Virus record (IMG/VR): IMGVR_UViG_3300042446_001322
Reading direction: 5' to 3' (one strand)
Origin: an uncultured virus (IMG/VR IMGVR_UViG_3300042446_001322)
Lineage: Duplodnaviria; Heunggongvirae; Uroviricota; Caudoviricetes
DNA length: 64,000 nucleotides
Shown: piece after piece, positions 7,904-17,707 of the stretch
How the letters are laid out: the number at the start of each line of letters is the position of its first letter
How positions within the stretch are numbered: the stretch's first letter is position 1
The notes under the pieces: model-generated
What the model was told of the DNA's origin: nothing
What the model saw: only the letters and a program-made list of their open reading frames with translations
The model's database searches: none
Made by a program: the position numbers and the translations under genes

Positions 7904-10887
7904 TGAGTACAGAAATAAACATAAAAAAAAGAATTGCAGTTTTAGAAGAATCTGCAATAATAACGGCAGATGTAAACAGTATTGACTTTGTAGGTTCAGG
8001 TGTTAATGCATCTACAATAGGTGGTGATGTTACCGTTACTATTCCTGGTGGATCAGGTAATACTACATATTACTTAAACCAAACTGTAGATCAGTCTCCT
8101 TATAAAGAATTTTCATCAATTGTTACTAGTGCAATAGAACAAGTTGTACCATTAACAGTTGCAGGAGGAGTAACTTCTGTAATTGCTGAGTATCAAACAC
8201 CTAGTGGTATACCAGGTACTATACAAATACCAGGAGGATTATGGCAATTCTTTTTACACTTCAATGCAGTAGCAGCAGGTCAAAATTGGATAATTAGACC
8301 TACAGTATATAAAAGAGATTTAGGTGGAATAGAAACATTGATTTTTACTCCTGATCCTGAGATAGTTACAGGAATGTCTACTACTACTACAATGTATGTA
8401 TCTGACGGTGTATTTCCAGCAACTACATTATTAACTACAGATAGAATAGTAGTAAAAATATCAATGCAAAATACTACTGGTGTATCTCAAACTGTAAACT
8501 TTAGAACAGAAGGTAGTCAACATTACTCAGTAGGATTAACAACATTAAATCAAATTATACCAACAGGAGCAGTTACAAATGTAACAGGAACAGCTCCAGT
8601 AGTATCTTCAGGAGGTACAACACCTGCTATTAGTATTCCTCAAGCAGATACACTAACAGATGGGTACCTTTCTTCTACAGATTGGAATACATTTAATAAC
8701 AAACCTGATAATCTTAGTCAACTTAATGATGTAGATATTATTACGACTCCACTAGGAGATGGTGAAATTCTTACTTATGATGGAGTATCAGGGCTTTGGA
8801 AAAATGAACCTCCAAACAGTACTCCAACAAATCAAGTTGTTTTATTTGCAGATTTAGGAACAACAGAAGCGTTAAAGGCTTGCACGTATAATAATGGTAC
8901 TTTAGGTGTTGGAGCCACTTTAACTGGTAATGTTAATGGTCAATTATCAACTATATCTTTTACAGATAGAATTGATAATGTTGTAACTGCATTAAATCAA
9001 ATAATATTAGTTAGAAGTCAATCAAACCAAACTCAAAACGGTATATATGTAGTAACGCAACTGGGAAGTCCTTCACAGCCATTTATTATTACAAGAACAA
9101 CTGATGCCGATACCCAAACTGAACTATATCCTTTACAAATAAATATATTCGGGGGTTCAACTTTAGCTAACTTGGCATTTCTACAAAAGACAGTTGATCC
9201 AGTTGTTGGCACAAGTAACATAGTATTTACAACCACAGTAGTAGGGATTCAAAATACGCCAGTATTACATATAGATACTGTTACTTCTGCTCCGCTACCT
9301 ACTTGTACTTATACATCTGGAACCAATCCAACATTACCTGGATCAGGTGCATTTTTGGAAGCAACTGTCAATGGAACTTTTCCTTCTATAAATGGTGTAA
9401 CATTAACTGCTGGACGTAGATTTCTTGTGAAAGACCAAGTAAACCAAGCACATAATGGGACGTATGCAGTATCTAATATAGGAAGTGCAAGTACAAAATG
9501 GAGAATTTTCCGTGTTGACGCTTGGGGGGGAAACTTTACAGTTTTAGAAAGAGAGTGGAAAGTAAATAATCCTTCCAGTACTAAATACGGGGCAAGATAC
9601 TCTACTAACTTACTTGGATTAGCAAATACAAACGTAGGAATTACGTCTATACCATTTTTTGAGGCAATTACATCATCTGCAGGAATATTTGGTATAGCAA
9701 ACACAAGTGGTGTTTATACTTTTTACGCAACACTTACACTAGCAATGGCAGTAGCGGTAACTGGTGACACTATTGTACAATTTGCAAACGTTATTGAAAC
9801 TGGTAACGTAACTATCACTCTTAAAAATGGAGTAAATATTAATGGTAACGGATATACATACACATATTCTAATATTGCTGGGCATTGCTTTATAGATAAT
9901 GCATCTACAGTTATTTGTAATATAATTAATTTTTACCCAATCAGATCGTCAGCAAGTGGCTCAAGTAGTGTTTGGAATATAACTGGGGCAAGTAGTGAAA
10001 TATACTTTTATGGGGGATTGACAAAAGACACTGTAAATACAGCACATACTACAGCTATATTCAACTGTAAAGTTATGGAAGGATATAACGGATTGGTAAC
10101 TGATGTCTCAGCAGGGGTTACTGGATGTGCGGTTAGTATTGGTATCTTTAGAAATGTTAAATCAATAGTCAGTTCTGGAGGTGGGACTGGTTTTTATGTA
10201 ACAGCTACGTGTGTGTCAGCAACAAATATTTATGGTTATTCTATATCCTCTTTCACCTATGGAGTCCTAATTTCTGGGGGCGGAACTTATACAAATATAA
10301 CTGGGGAATCAATTGCTGGATTAGGTCTTGGTAGTAATGCTAGTTCAGCTAAGATATATAATAGTGTTGGTAGAAGTACTACAGAAAAAGGGCTTCATTC
10401 TAGCAATGGAGGTTTATGGATTAATTGTGTTGGTATTTCTTCTTCTTATATTGGGTTAAATGCTTATGGTGGTACATTTAAAAATTGTAACGGATATTCA
10501 GCAACAGGAAATGGTGTATACTTACAAGATGGTAACGATGTTAATGATGTATCGTTCAATGGAGGTACAGCGACAAGTGATGGTGCTGTAGCTATGGTTA
10601 GGAGTGCTGGAGCTGGTTATAAAAACACTATAAAATCAGTATCAATAACTTGTAAATGGAATAATGCTGGTGGACATGCATTTCAAAAAATTAGTAGTGG
10701 TAACGTTTGGTTATCAAATTGTTCATTAGCTGTTACAAATGCATCAGCTAACTGTTTACACGCTACATCTGCTGTAACAATGACTTGGGGATTAAATACA
10801 TTTGAAGGTTCAACTACTGCGGTTAATGCTAATGTTACTCAGTTGTTAGTTAATACTGCTGATGCACAAGGAAACTTATTATTATAA
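7903..10887 (+). CDS. Large multidomain tail fibre/spike
   Basis: Duplicated LVxxQxNQxxNGxYxV tail-fibre module, LSQLNDV motif, C-terminal beta-helix-like region. Confidence 0.7.
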   Translation: MSTEINIKKRIAVLEESAIITADVNSIDFVGSGVNASTIGGDVTVTIPGGSGNTTYYLNQTVDQSPYKEFSSIVTSAIEQVVPLTVAGGVTSVIAEYQTPSGIPGTIQIPGGLWQFFLHFNAVAAGQNWIIRPTVYKRDLGGIETLIFTPDPEIVTGMSTTTTMYVSDGVFPATTLLTTDRIVVKISMQNTTGVSQTVNFRTEGSQHYSVGLTTLNQIIPTGAVTNVTGTAPVVSSGGTTPAISIPQADTLTDGYLSSTDWNTFNNKPDNLSQLNDVDIITTPLGDGEILTYDGVSGLWKNEPPNSTPTNQVVLFADLGTTEALKACTYNNGTLGVGATLTGNVNGQLSTISFTDRIDNVVTALNQIILVRSQSNQTQNGIYVVTQLGSPSQPFIITRTTDADTQTELYPLQINIFGGSTLANLAFLQKTVDPVVGTSNIVFTTTVVGIQNTPVLHIDTVTSAPLPTCTYTSGTNPTLPGSGAFLEATVNGTFPSINGVTLTAGRRFLVKDQVNQAHNGTYAVSNIGSASTKWRIFRVDAWGGNFTVLEREWKVNNPSSTKYGARYSTNLLGLANTNVGITSIPFFEAITSSAGIFGIANTSGVYTFYATLTLAMAVAVTGDTIVQFANVIETGNVTITLKNGVNINGNGYTYTYSNIAGHCFIDNASTVICNIINFYPIRSSASGSSSVWNITGASSEIYFYGGLTKDTVNTAHTTAIFNCKVMEGYNGLVTDVSAGVTGCAVSIGIFRNVKSIVSSGGGTGFYVTATCVSATNIYGYSISSFTYGVLISGGGTYTNITGESIAGLGLGSNASSAKIYNSVGRSTTEKGLHSSNGGLWINCVGISSSYIGLNAYGGTFKNCNGYSATGNGVYLQDGNDVNDVSFNGGTATSDGAVAMVRSAGAGYKNTIKSVSITCKWNNAGGHAFQKISSGNVWLSNCSLAVTNASANCLHATSAVTMTWGLNTFEGSTTAVNANVTQLLVNTADAQGNLLL

Positions 10888-10892
10888 ATATT

Positions 10893-11186
10893 ATGGAACT
10901 AATTAAAATAGACATTATCAACGGGCAAATCATTAAAAGATTTAGTGATGATTCAGTATCATCTTTGTTATTATCGGAGCTGACAAATTCACAAAAAGTA
11001 GTTGTAGATAACTGTATTGCAATGATGAAAACTATGGAGAATGAATGGTTATTCATCTCAATAAACATTATTAATCCAATAACTAGACTGGTGTTTTTTC
11101 TAACATTGGATACATTTACAGAATTTTTATATGAAGATTTGACAGATGAACAAAAAATACTATTTAACGATTTTATAAATTTATAA
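10893..11186 (+). CDS. Small acidic fibre partner
   Basis: 97 aa following the fibre gene; LTNSQK/LTDEQK internal repeat. Confidence 0.55.
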   Translation: MELIKIDIINGQIIKRFSDDSVSSLLLSELTNSQKVVVDNCIAMMKTMENEWLFISINIINPITRLVFFLTLDTFTEFLYEDLTDEQKILFNDFINL

Positions 11187-11187
11187 C

Positions 11188-13191
11188 ATGGCAGTAATAA
11201 CAGTAACAGGTTCCCCAGTAGTAGGTTTAAAATACACGGTAACAACAGCTTCAAGTGCTGATTGGGCAAGTGTATCTAATTCAACTTACTTTTATGATTT
11301 AACAGATAAGTTAGTTCATTATAAAGATTCAACTGGAACAGTATTAGAAATATTTGGTGCAGCAGGAGGTGGTTCTATACCACAAGCTAATAAAATTTAT
11401 GTAGATTCAATAAATGGGGTTGATTCAACTGCAAGAGGTAATATTAATAATCCTTACTTAACTCCTGAGTATGCCTTATCTGACATTACAAATACAGGGA
11501 CATTTGGATGTACAACAGCAACAAGTGTAACCGTGTCGGCTATTTCAGATGTGAATTATGCTTCAATAAGTGTAGGAGATGTAATATCAGGAACAGGCAT
11601 AGGAGTAAACACAATTGTAAAAAGTAAAGATGGAGGTGGAGTAAATGCAAAAGTTATCACGTTAAGTAAGGCAACAACAACAAGTGCTTCAATAACAGCT
11701 ACTAGAGTGACTCAATACATGGTTATTTGCTCAGGAACTTATATTTATTCATCAAATTTAGAAAAAGATGGGTTTTCTTTTGATTTTAACAGTTGTAATG
11801 TTATTTTTTCGGGTATTGTTTTTAATGTCACAGTTGCAAGAACAACACCGAGAATTATTTTAGGTGGTAATTGGTTTGGGAATAATTCAGCAAGTAGGTT
11901 AATTTATTCAGACTATTTAACTTGCGCAACCGATTTTATTTTTAAACCTTTAAATTATTACTCTATTGGAACAGGGGATCAAATTAGATTATCAAATGCT
12001 TATTCTTTTGGGAATATGTTAGTTGATTGCCCAAATTTTGACGCAAGATTTGGTAGTGTTGGATGGATAGAAGGTGGGAATTGTACATGGAACGGTTATA
12101 GATATGGTTTACTTGGTGGTATTCGTGCTGGTGCTGGAATTTACGAATTTAATGGCTCTCAAGTTTGCCCTGCGTCTATAAATGCTTATTTTAGTAATAC
12201 TAACGGCACTATTATAACTAGTAATGATTCAATAATAAACGGACAATTGACTTTAAATGAATCTTCAAGTAGTTATTATGTGTTTTCTGGAGGAAATATA
12301 ACAGGCACAACAATGACAATTGGAAGTACTTATGATTTAACCCCTCCTCTTTTGATTTCTTCCAACATAACGGCTACCACTATTAATATAATAGGGTCTA
12401 GGGGTGGAGTGATGTTGTCAGGAATAATAAAGGCGAATATTGTAAATACAAAAACACTAGGAAGTGTCGATATTGCAAATTTACAAGGTTCTTATACGGG
12501 ATCTAGTACTTCCGAAGCAACCATAAAAGGGGGTTGGCATACAGACGGGAATTCTTCTTCAATATCTAGCGTAACATTGACGGGAACGGCTAGTCTAATT
12601 ATTGTTGATTCTTATAAAAGTTTTGGATATACTACCAATGGGTACTGCTATTTGAACATAGCTAGTGGTTGCAATTTAAGAATAGACGGTTTTTTTAAAG
12701 GTATTATATCTTCATTAGCTGGTACAATTACAAATAATGGAGTTTTTAACATCAATGGTTATCAATCAGCAATTATTACTGGAACTGTTTTAAATAATAA
12801 TTATATTGAATTGTTTAGAACATCATCGGAAAACTCACTTGACACGCCTACAATAAAACTAGGAAACGGAGGGGTTTATCAACAGAACGGAGGTAAGTTA
12901 ATATGCAATGTAGCAACTTCAAAAAGTGGATTAATTCAAAAGACAGCCACTAACAGTAAAATTCAACTTACAGGACAAGCTTATTTAAAAGTAGCAAATG
13001 GTTTAGCACCTATCCAAATACTTTCAAATACTGGAACAGCACAAGATGTTGAAGTTTATTCTGTAATTGATAACTGCGCTGTAGGTTTCAGAATATCAGA
13101 TACGTTTTCAGATACAACTTATGGAACAGCATACGCACCAAATATATTAGTAGGTGGAACAATGTTAGAGGCAACAACTTATTTATTATAA
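11188..13191 (+). CDS. Tail spike/fibre, MAVxTVxG family
   Basis: First about 57 aa paralogous to 5134; IYVDSINGVD...GNINNPY motif typical of beta-helix starts. Confidence 0.65.
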   Translation: MAVITVTGSPVVGLKYTVTTASSADWASVSNSTYFYDLTDKLVHYKDSTGTVLEIFGAAGGGSIPQANKIYVDSINGVDSTARGNINNPYLTPEYALSDITNTGTFGCTTATSVTVSAISDVNYASISVGDVISGTGIGVNTIVKSKDGGGVNAKVITLSKATTTSASITATRVTQYMVICSGTYIYSSNLEKDGFSFDFNSCNVIFSGIVFNVTVARTTPRIILGGNWFGNNSASRLIYSDYLTCATDFIFKPLNYYSIGTGDQIRLSNAYSFGNMLVDCPNFDARFGSVGWIEGGNCTWNGYRYGLLGGIRAGAGIYEFNGSQVCPASINAYFSNTNGTIITSNDSIINGQLTLNESSSSYYVFSGGNITGTTMTIGSTYDLTPPLLISSNITATTINIIGSRGGVMLSGIIKANIVNTKTLGSVDIANLQGSYTGSSTSEATIKGGWHTDGNSSSISSVTLTGTASLIIVDSYKSFGYTTNGYCYLNIASGCNLRIDGFFKGIISSLAGTITNNGVFNINGYQSAIITGTVLNNNYIELFRTSSENSLDTPTIKLGNGGVYQQNGGKLICNVATSKSGLIQKTATNSKIQLTGQAYLKVANGLAPIQILSNTGTAQDVEVYSVIDNCAVGFRISDTFSDTTYGTAYAPNILVGGTMLEATTYLL

Positions 13192-13193
13192 TC

Positions 13194-13505
13194 ATGAAAA
13201 CAATAAACAAAATAGTATATGCACCAATCTACAAAACATTTGTAATTGATTTAGGTGAAACTGGTGAAAATATTGCTACTGATATAACAACTATGTCAGA
13301 AGCAGACCAATTAGTGTTTTTAGATCTATGGGAAGCATGTAAGTTACAGATTGATGTAATTGGTTACTTAGTGTATGATAAGTCTTCTGACGTGCTTAAT
13401 ATTGATCCCTTAGATATTTCTATTAGCTCAGTGCTATTAGATGAAAGCCAAAGAGGTAAACTAGATGCAGTTCTAGTAATTTGTGAATCTTTAATTATTG
13501 AATAA
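13194..13505 (+). CDS. Small acidic fibre partner
   Basis: 103 aa following the fibre gene. Confidence 0.55.
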   Translation: MKTINKIVYAPIYKTFVIDLGETGENIATDITTMSEADQLVFLDLWEACKLQIDVIGYLVYDKSSDVLNIDPLDISISSVLLDESQRGKLDAVLVICESLIIE

Positions 13506-14743
13506 TGGCAATAGTATATACAAAAACTGATCAAGGATTAACAGTTGCAACAGGCACAGGAGCACCTGTACATACGGCAGTTGCAGGAGATAGGTATACA
13601 GATACAGCAAACGGTAACACATATCAATATACCACAAGTTGGCAAAGTGTTTCTTATAGCGCAGGTGGATTAACTTATTTTACAGAAGCACAGAACACAA
13701 CAGCACCTAATGCTACTGTTCCTGTAGATAGTTTAACAGCTCTTTCAGCAACTACAAATGTAGACTTTGCAATTATACCTAAAGCAGGAGGTGCTTTACT
13801 TGCGGCTATTCCCGACAATACTTTTGCTGGTGGTAATAAAAGAGGTCAATTTGCGCTAGATTTACAAATGTCACGTTCAAGTGCAGTAATGGTTGCAAGT
13901 GGCAATTTTTCCACAATTTTAGGAGGTTCAAATAACACTGCAATTGGGGCAAGTAGTTTAGCGGCTGGTTTAAATAATAGTGTTACTGGTGGTAATTCTG
14001 TTGCTATTGGGCAAAATAATAGTTCAACTAATACAAATTCATATTCTTTTGGTAATGAAAACCTTTCAAATGGGCTTAATAGTGTAGCAATAGGAAGATT
14101 TAATAACGCAAGTGGAACAAGTTCTGTTGCAATAGGTGGAAATATTTCAACTTATAACCTTGCAAGTGGTACACGGTCTGTTGCTATTGGAGAAGCCAAT
14201 ACAGCAAGTGGATTAAATTCAACAGCTTTAGGTCAATTAAATATAAGTAATGGTTCATATTCATTTTCTTTTGGTAGACAAGCTCATACATTTGGAATAG
14301 ATGGAAGACAAGCATACGCAAGTGGTCAAGAAGGCACAAGTGGTGATGCTCAAGTATCTAAGTTTATATTGCACGAAAGAACTACTGGAAACACAACAAC
14401 TACTATTACTACAAACTCAAGTGCAGCGGCTACAAATAATCAAGTAATACTATCAGACCAATCTGCATATAGATTCAAAGGTAGCATTGTAGGTAAGCAA
14501 TCAGGTAGTGTAAACGCAGCAGTCTGGGATATTGATGGATTCATTGTAAGAGGTGCAAACGCAACAGCTACAACATTAAATATTTCAAATGTAAATGTAG
14601 TACAAAATACTCCAGGTTGGGGAACACCAACACTTGCAGCAGATACAACAAACGGAGGTCTTAGAGTGCAAGTAACTGGAGCAACTGCAACTAACATCCA
14701 ATGGACTGCAGTAATAGATACAACAGAGGTAATTTACGCTTAA
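13505..14743 (+). CDS. Tail fibre with YadA-head-like SVAIG repeats
   Basis: Repeated NxASGxxSVAIG; GGNKRGxxAxDLQ motif. Confidence 0.7.
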   Translation: MAIVYTKTDQGLTVATGTGAPVHTAVAGDRYTDTANGNTYQYTTSWQSVSYSAGGLTYFTEAQNTTAPNATVPVDSLTALSATTNVDFAIIPKAGGALLAAIPDNTFAGGNKRGQFALDLQMSRSSAVMVASGNFSTILGGSNNTAIGASSLAAGLNNSVTGGNSVAIGQNNSSTNTNSYSFGNENLSNGLNSVAIGRFNNASGTSSVAIGGNISTYNLASGTRSVAIGEANTASGLNSTALGQLNISNGSYSFSFGRQAHTFGIDGRQAYASGQEGTSGDAQVSKFILHERTTGNTTTTITTNSSAAATNNQVILSDQSAYRFKGSIVGKQSGSVNAAVWDIDGFIVRGANATATTLNISNVNVVQNTPGWGTPTLAADTTNGGLRVQVTGATATNIQWTAVIDTTEVIYA

Positions 14744-14753
14744 AATAAATAAT

Positions 14754-15101
14754 ATGAAATTAAAAACATTAGTGCCTGTAACTTATAATAATGGAATAGC
14801 AGGTCAAGAAACTGGAATAGTAGAAGGTATTTTATCAACTTGTAATCAACAATTAGAAGTATCATTTAATTCATTGTACATGTTTCAATATGTATCTGAA
14901 GTAGGTCAAGTTATTTCATCTAACTTATATCCTGTTACAGAAGAAGAAACAAATGCTTTGTATGTTCAAGTTAAAGATGAAGTACCAACAGGTTTAAGTT
15001 ATACTGATGCTACTACATATCTTTACTACTTAGGATTTAGAGTAAAAATGGCTATAACATTTGGTATAGAAGTAAGTGAAATAGAAATAATTTTAAACTA
15101 A
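14754..15101 (+). CDS. Small acidic fibre partner
   Basis: 115 aa after the fibre gene. Confidence 0.55.
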   Translation: MKLKTLVPVTYNNGIAGQETGIVEGILSTCNQQLEVSFNSLYMFQYVSEVGQVISSNLYPVTEEETNALYVQVKDEVPTGLSYTDATTYLYYLGFRVKMAITFGIEVSEIEIILN

Positions 15102-15106
15102 ATATT

Positions 15107-15880
15107 ATGGCAGGAGGATCATATTGGGCTGAAGAAGTTTTAGATGTAATGTATCTAAAACCTACAGAGGTATTTAGAGGTTTTACATATAATAATAACT
15201 CTACAACTGTACAAGCAGATGGTGGATTGGTTGCTTCTGCTTCTGCTTCTACATTAGCTCAATCAGTTGCATCTACTAATCTTGTATCAAAACAAATAAG
15301 ACTTAGATATTATGCAAGTGTTGTATCTGGTGGTAGATATACAGGAATAAGAGGTTCTGCTTTATTATGGTATATACATGGTGGATTTAGATTTGTTTGT
15401 GATTTTAATATTTCAGATACTTCTTATTCTGCTGGATGTCAACAATTTTATGGATTAGCAGGTCAAACAACTGACTTAGCTTATGGAACTGCATCTGGAA
15501 TTTTAGTAAGTACCTTAACTAATATAGTTGGTGTTGGTAGTGAAGTAGGTGATACTAATTTACAAGTATTTAGTAATGATGCTACTGGTACAGCTAGTAA
15601 AATAGATTTAGGAGTTGGCTTTCCTGCAAATAGAACAGTAGGAGCTATTTCAACAACTGTATATAGTATAATATTATATAATGAACCAATGTCTACAAGT
15701 GTTATATATAGAGTAATTAATAATGAAACTGGTGCAGTTGCTACTGGTACAATTTCAACAGATTTACCAGCAACATCACAAGCATTAAATTTATTTGCAA
15801 GTAGATGTATGTCAGCAACCTCTGTAACTAGTACAGGACAATTTGATTTAATGAAATTAGGAGTATACTCACAATTATAA
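15107..15880 (+). CDS. Putative beta-sandwich receptor-binding/virion protein
   Basis: Ser/Thr/Gly-rich beta pattern within the fibre array. Confidence 0.5.
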   Translation: MAGGSYWAEEVLDVMYLKPTEVFRGFTYNNNSTTVQADGGLVASASASTLAQSVASTNLVSKQIRLRYYASVVSGGRYTGIRGSALLWYIHGGFRFVCDFNISDTSYSAGCQQFYGLAGQTTDLAYGTASGILVSTLTNIVGVGSEVGDTNLQVFSNDATGTASKIDLGVGFPANRTVGAISTTVYSIILYNEPMSTSVIYRVINNETGAVATGTISTDLPATSQALNLFASRCMSATSVTSTGQFDLMKLGVYSQL

Positions 15881-15882
15881 TT

Positions 15883-16125
15883 ATGGAAAAGTTTATACTA
15901 ATACCAATAACAATTATTGAAGATGACTTAGAAGCAAATGTATGCTTAAAACCTTCAAGTTCATTAATAGAGAATTATATAGCAACATATAAAACTTTTG
16001 AAAATGAAGTTGTAGCAATTGCTGAAACACCAGCTTTTATTACTGAAATGACACCATTACTATTTGCACAGTTTGAGCAAATGGATAATGTGCCTTTAGA
16101 AATCAGAAACCAATTTGAATTATAA
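15883..16125 (+). CDS. Small acidic hypothetical protein
   Basis: 80 aa ORF, tightly coupled to neighbours. Confidence 0.55.
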   Translation: MEKFILIPITIIEDDLEANVCLKPSSSLIENYIATYKTFENEVVAIAETPAFITEMTPLLFAQFEQMDNVPLEIRNQFEL

Positions 16126-16127
16126 TT

Positions 16128-16574
16128 ATGAAAACTTCACAACAAGGCATAGACCTGATTAAGGGATTTGAAGGATGTAAGTTAAAAGCTTATGTTGATC
16201 CTGGAACTGGTGGATTACCAATTACGATTGGGTATGGAAACACAGCTAGAAAGGATGGTAGTAAGTTTAAATTAAGTGATAAAATTACTCAAGAAAGAGC
16301 TAATGAATTATTCTTAGAGTTGCTTCCTAAGTATGAAGCTACTGTAGATAAGAATATAAAGGTTACTTTAAACCAAAATCAATATGATGCACTAGTATCT
16401 TTTTGTTGGAATTGTGGTAGTTCAAAAGATTTATTTGGTTTAATAAATAAAAAGTCTACTGATGCAGTTATATATGATTGGTGGATAAACCATTATATTA
16501 CAGGAGGTGGAAAGTTACTTCCTGGATTATTAAAGAGAAGAAGAAAAGAAGCAGATTTATACATTAAAAAATAA
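16128..16574 (+). CDS. Endolysin, GH24 phage lysozyme
   Basis: IKGFEG-x-KLKAYxD...TIGYG triad, QNQYDALVSF, GLLKRRxxE. Confidence 0.92.
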   Translation: MKTSQQGIDLIKGFEGCKLKAYVDPGTGGLPITIGYGNTARKDGSKFKLSDKITQERANELFLELLPKYEATVDKNIKVTLNQNQYDALVSFCWNCGSSKDLFGLINKKSTDAVIYDWWINHYITGGGKLLPGLLKRRRKEADLYIKK

Positions 16575-16578
16575 GATT

Positions 16579-16791
16579 ATGAAAGATTTAAAAAAAAGAT
16601 GGGATGCTAAAACTCCAACATTTTGGAAAAAAATACAAAAAATTGGTATTATAGCAGGAACAATTGGAGGAATAATTGTTGCTTCTCCTGTAGTATTACC
16701 TGCAATATTGGTATCAGCTAGTGGATATTTATTATTAGCTGGAACTGTAACTGCCACATTATCACAGTTAACCGTAGAATCAACAGATTAA
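16579..16791 (+). CDS. Putative holin
   Basis: 70 aa, two hydrophobic segments, next to the lysozyme. Confidence 0.6.
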   Translation: MKDLKKRWDAKTPTFWKKIQKIGIIAGTIGGIIVASPVVLPAILVSASGYLLLAGTVTATLSQLTVESTD

Positions 16792-16864
16792 TTTTAAAAA
16801 AGTGTACTGTATCTAGCAAAATTTAACTATATTAGAATATATATTATTTTTTATTTTTATTACT

Positions 16865-17176
16865 ATGGATTCAATAATTACAATAGGTTTATTCTGTATA
16901 GGTTTTATTATTACACTTATAGGGTACTTTTTAAAGACAACACACACATCAATAATAGCAGATGTACAAATTCTTAAATCTAATGATCAAGCTCACACAG
17001 AAGAAGAGGGTAGATTAAAAGGTAAAATAGAATTACTTGAACAAGAGCATAGACTTAAATATCAGTTGATCACAGAAACAACTCAACAAGAGATTAAGAA
17101 TATGGCTACTAAAATTGGTGAGTTATCTGATACAGTTGGTAAACTAATTACCATTCAACTTAAAAATATAAAATGA
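16865..17176 (+). CDS. Single-TM coiled-coil membrane protein (lysis-associated?)
   Basis: N-terminal TM helix then heptad-like region. Confidence 0.55.
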   Translation: MDSIITIGLFCIGFIITLIGYFLKTTHTSIIADVQILKSNDQAHTEEEGRLKGKIELLEQEHRLKYQLITETTQQEIKNMATKIGELSDTVGKLITIQLKNIK

Positions 17177-17664
17177 ATCCTACATTTTTAAAAACAGGAG
17201 ATATATTACATTGTAGTGGTAAAAAATTATTAAGTAGATTAATTAAAAAAGCTACTAAATCTAAATTTAGCCACTCAGCAGTATTTATAGAAATATGGGG
17301 TCAACCATATGTATTAGATGCACAAAAAGATGGTGTTAATCTAAGACCATTAAATGATTGGTTAAAAAAATACAATTACAATATTACTGTACACAGATCA
17401 TCTAACTTAGTAAATGAAAAAACATTTGCACAAAGAGCACTTACAAAAGTAGGACATACAGCATATGACTTTGAAAGTTTACTTATAAGACAACCAATTG
17501 AATTGCTAACAGGTAAATGGGTAGAAAAAGGAGATACAACTAAAGCAATGTATTGTTCTGAATATATTGCCTGGATATATGGAGTAGAAAAAGCATATAA
17601 GTTTTCACCTCAAGATCTTTATGAATGGTGTAAAGCTAATTTCTTTTATGAAATTGTAATTTAA
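17173..17664 (+). CDS. Permuted papain-like NlpC/P60 enzyme (YiiX/YebB-like)
   Basis: LKTGDI...FSHSAVF...AYDF...MYCSEYI...FSPQDL; His precedes catalytic Cys. Confidence 0.85.
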   Translation: MNPTFLKTGDILHCSGKKLLSRLIKKATKSKFSHSAVFIEIWGQPYVLDAQKDGVNLRPLNDWLKKYNYNITVHRSSNLVNEKTFAQRALTKVGHTAYDFESLLIRQPIELLTGKWVEKGDTTKAMYCSEYIAWIYGVEKAYKFSPQDLYEWCKANFFYEIVI

Positions 17665-17707
17665 ATTTGTATTTTTATAATCAAGTTTAATCAATAAATA
17701 ATAGGTT

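Noticed and set aside
7241..15880. GG dipeptides in fibre proteins as members of the xxGG motif family
   Set aside because: They lie in Gly/Ser/Thr-rich beta contexts without the M/F/Y/A plus Lys/Gln signature; expected from composition
1915..16125. Diversity-generating retroelement or invertible shufflon acting on fibres
   Set aside because: No reverse transcriptase, recombinase, adenine-variant TR/VR pair or inverted cassettes seen in this window
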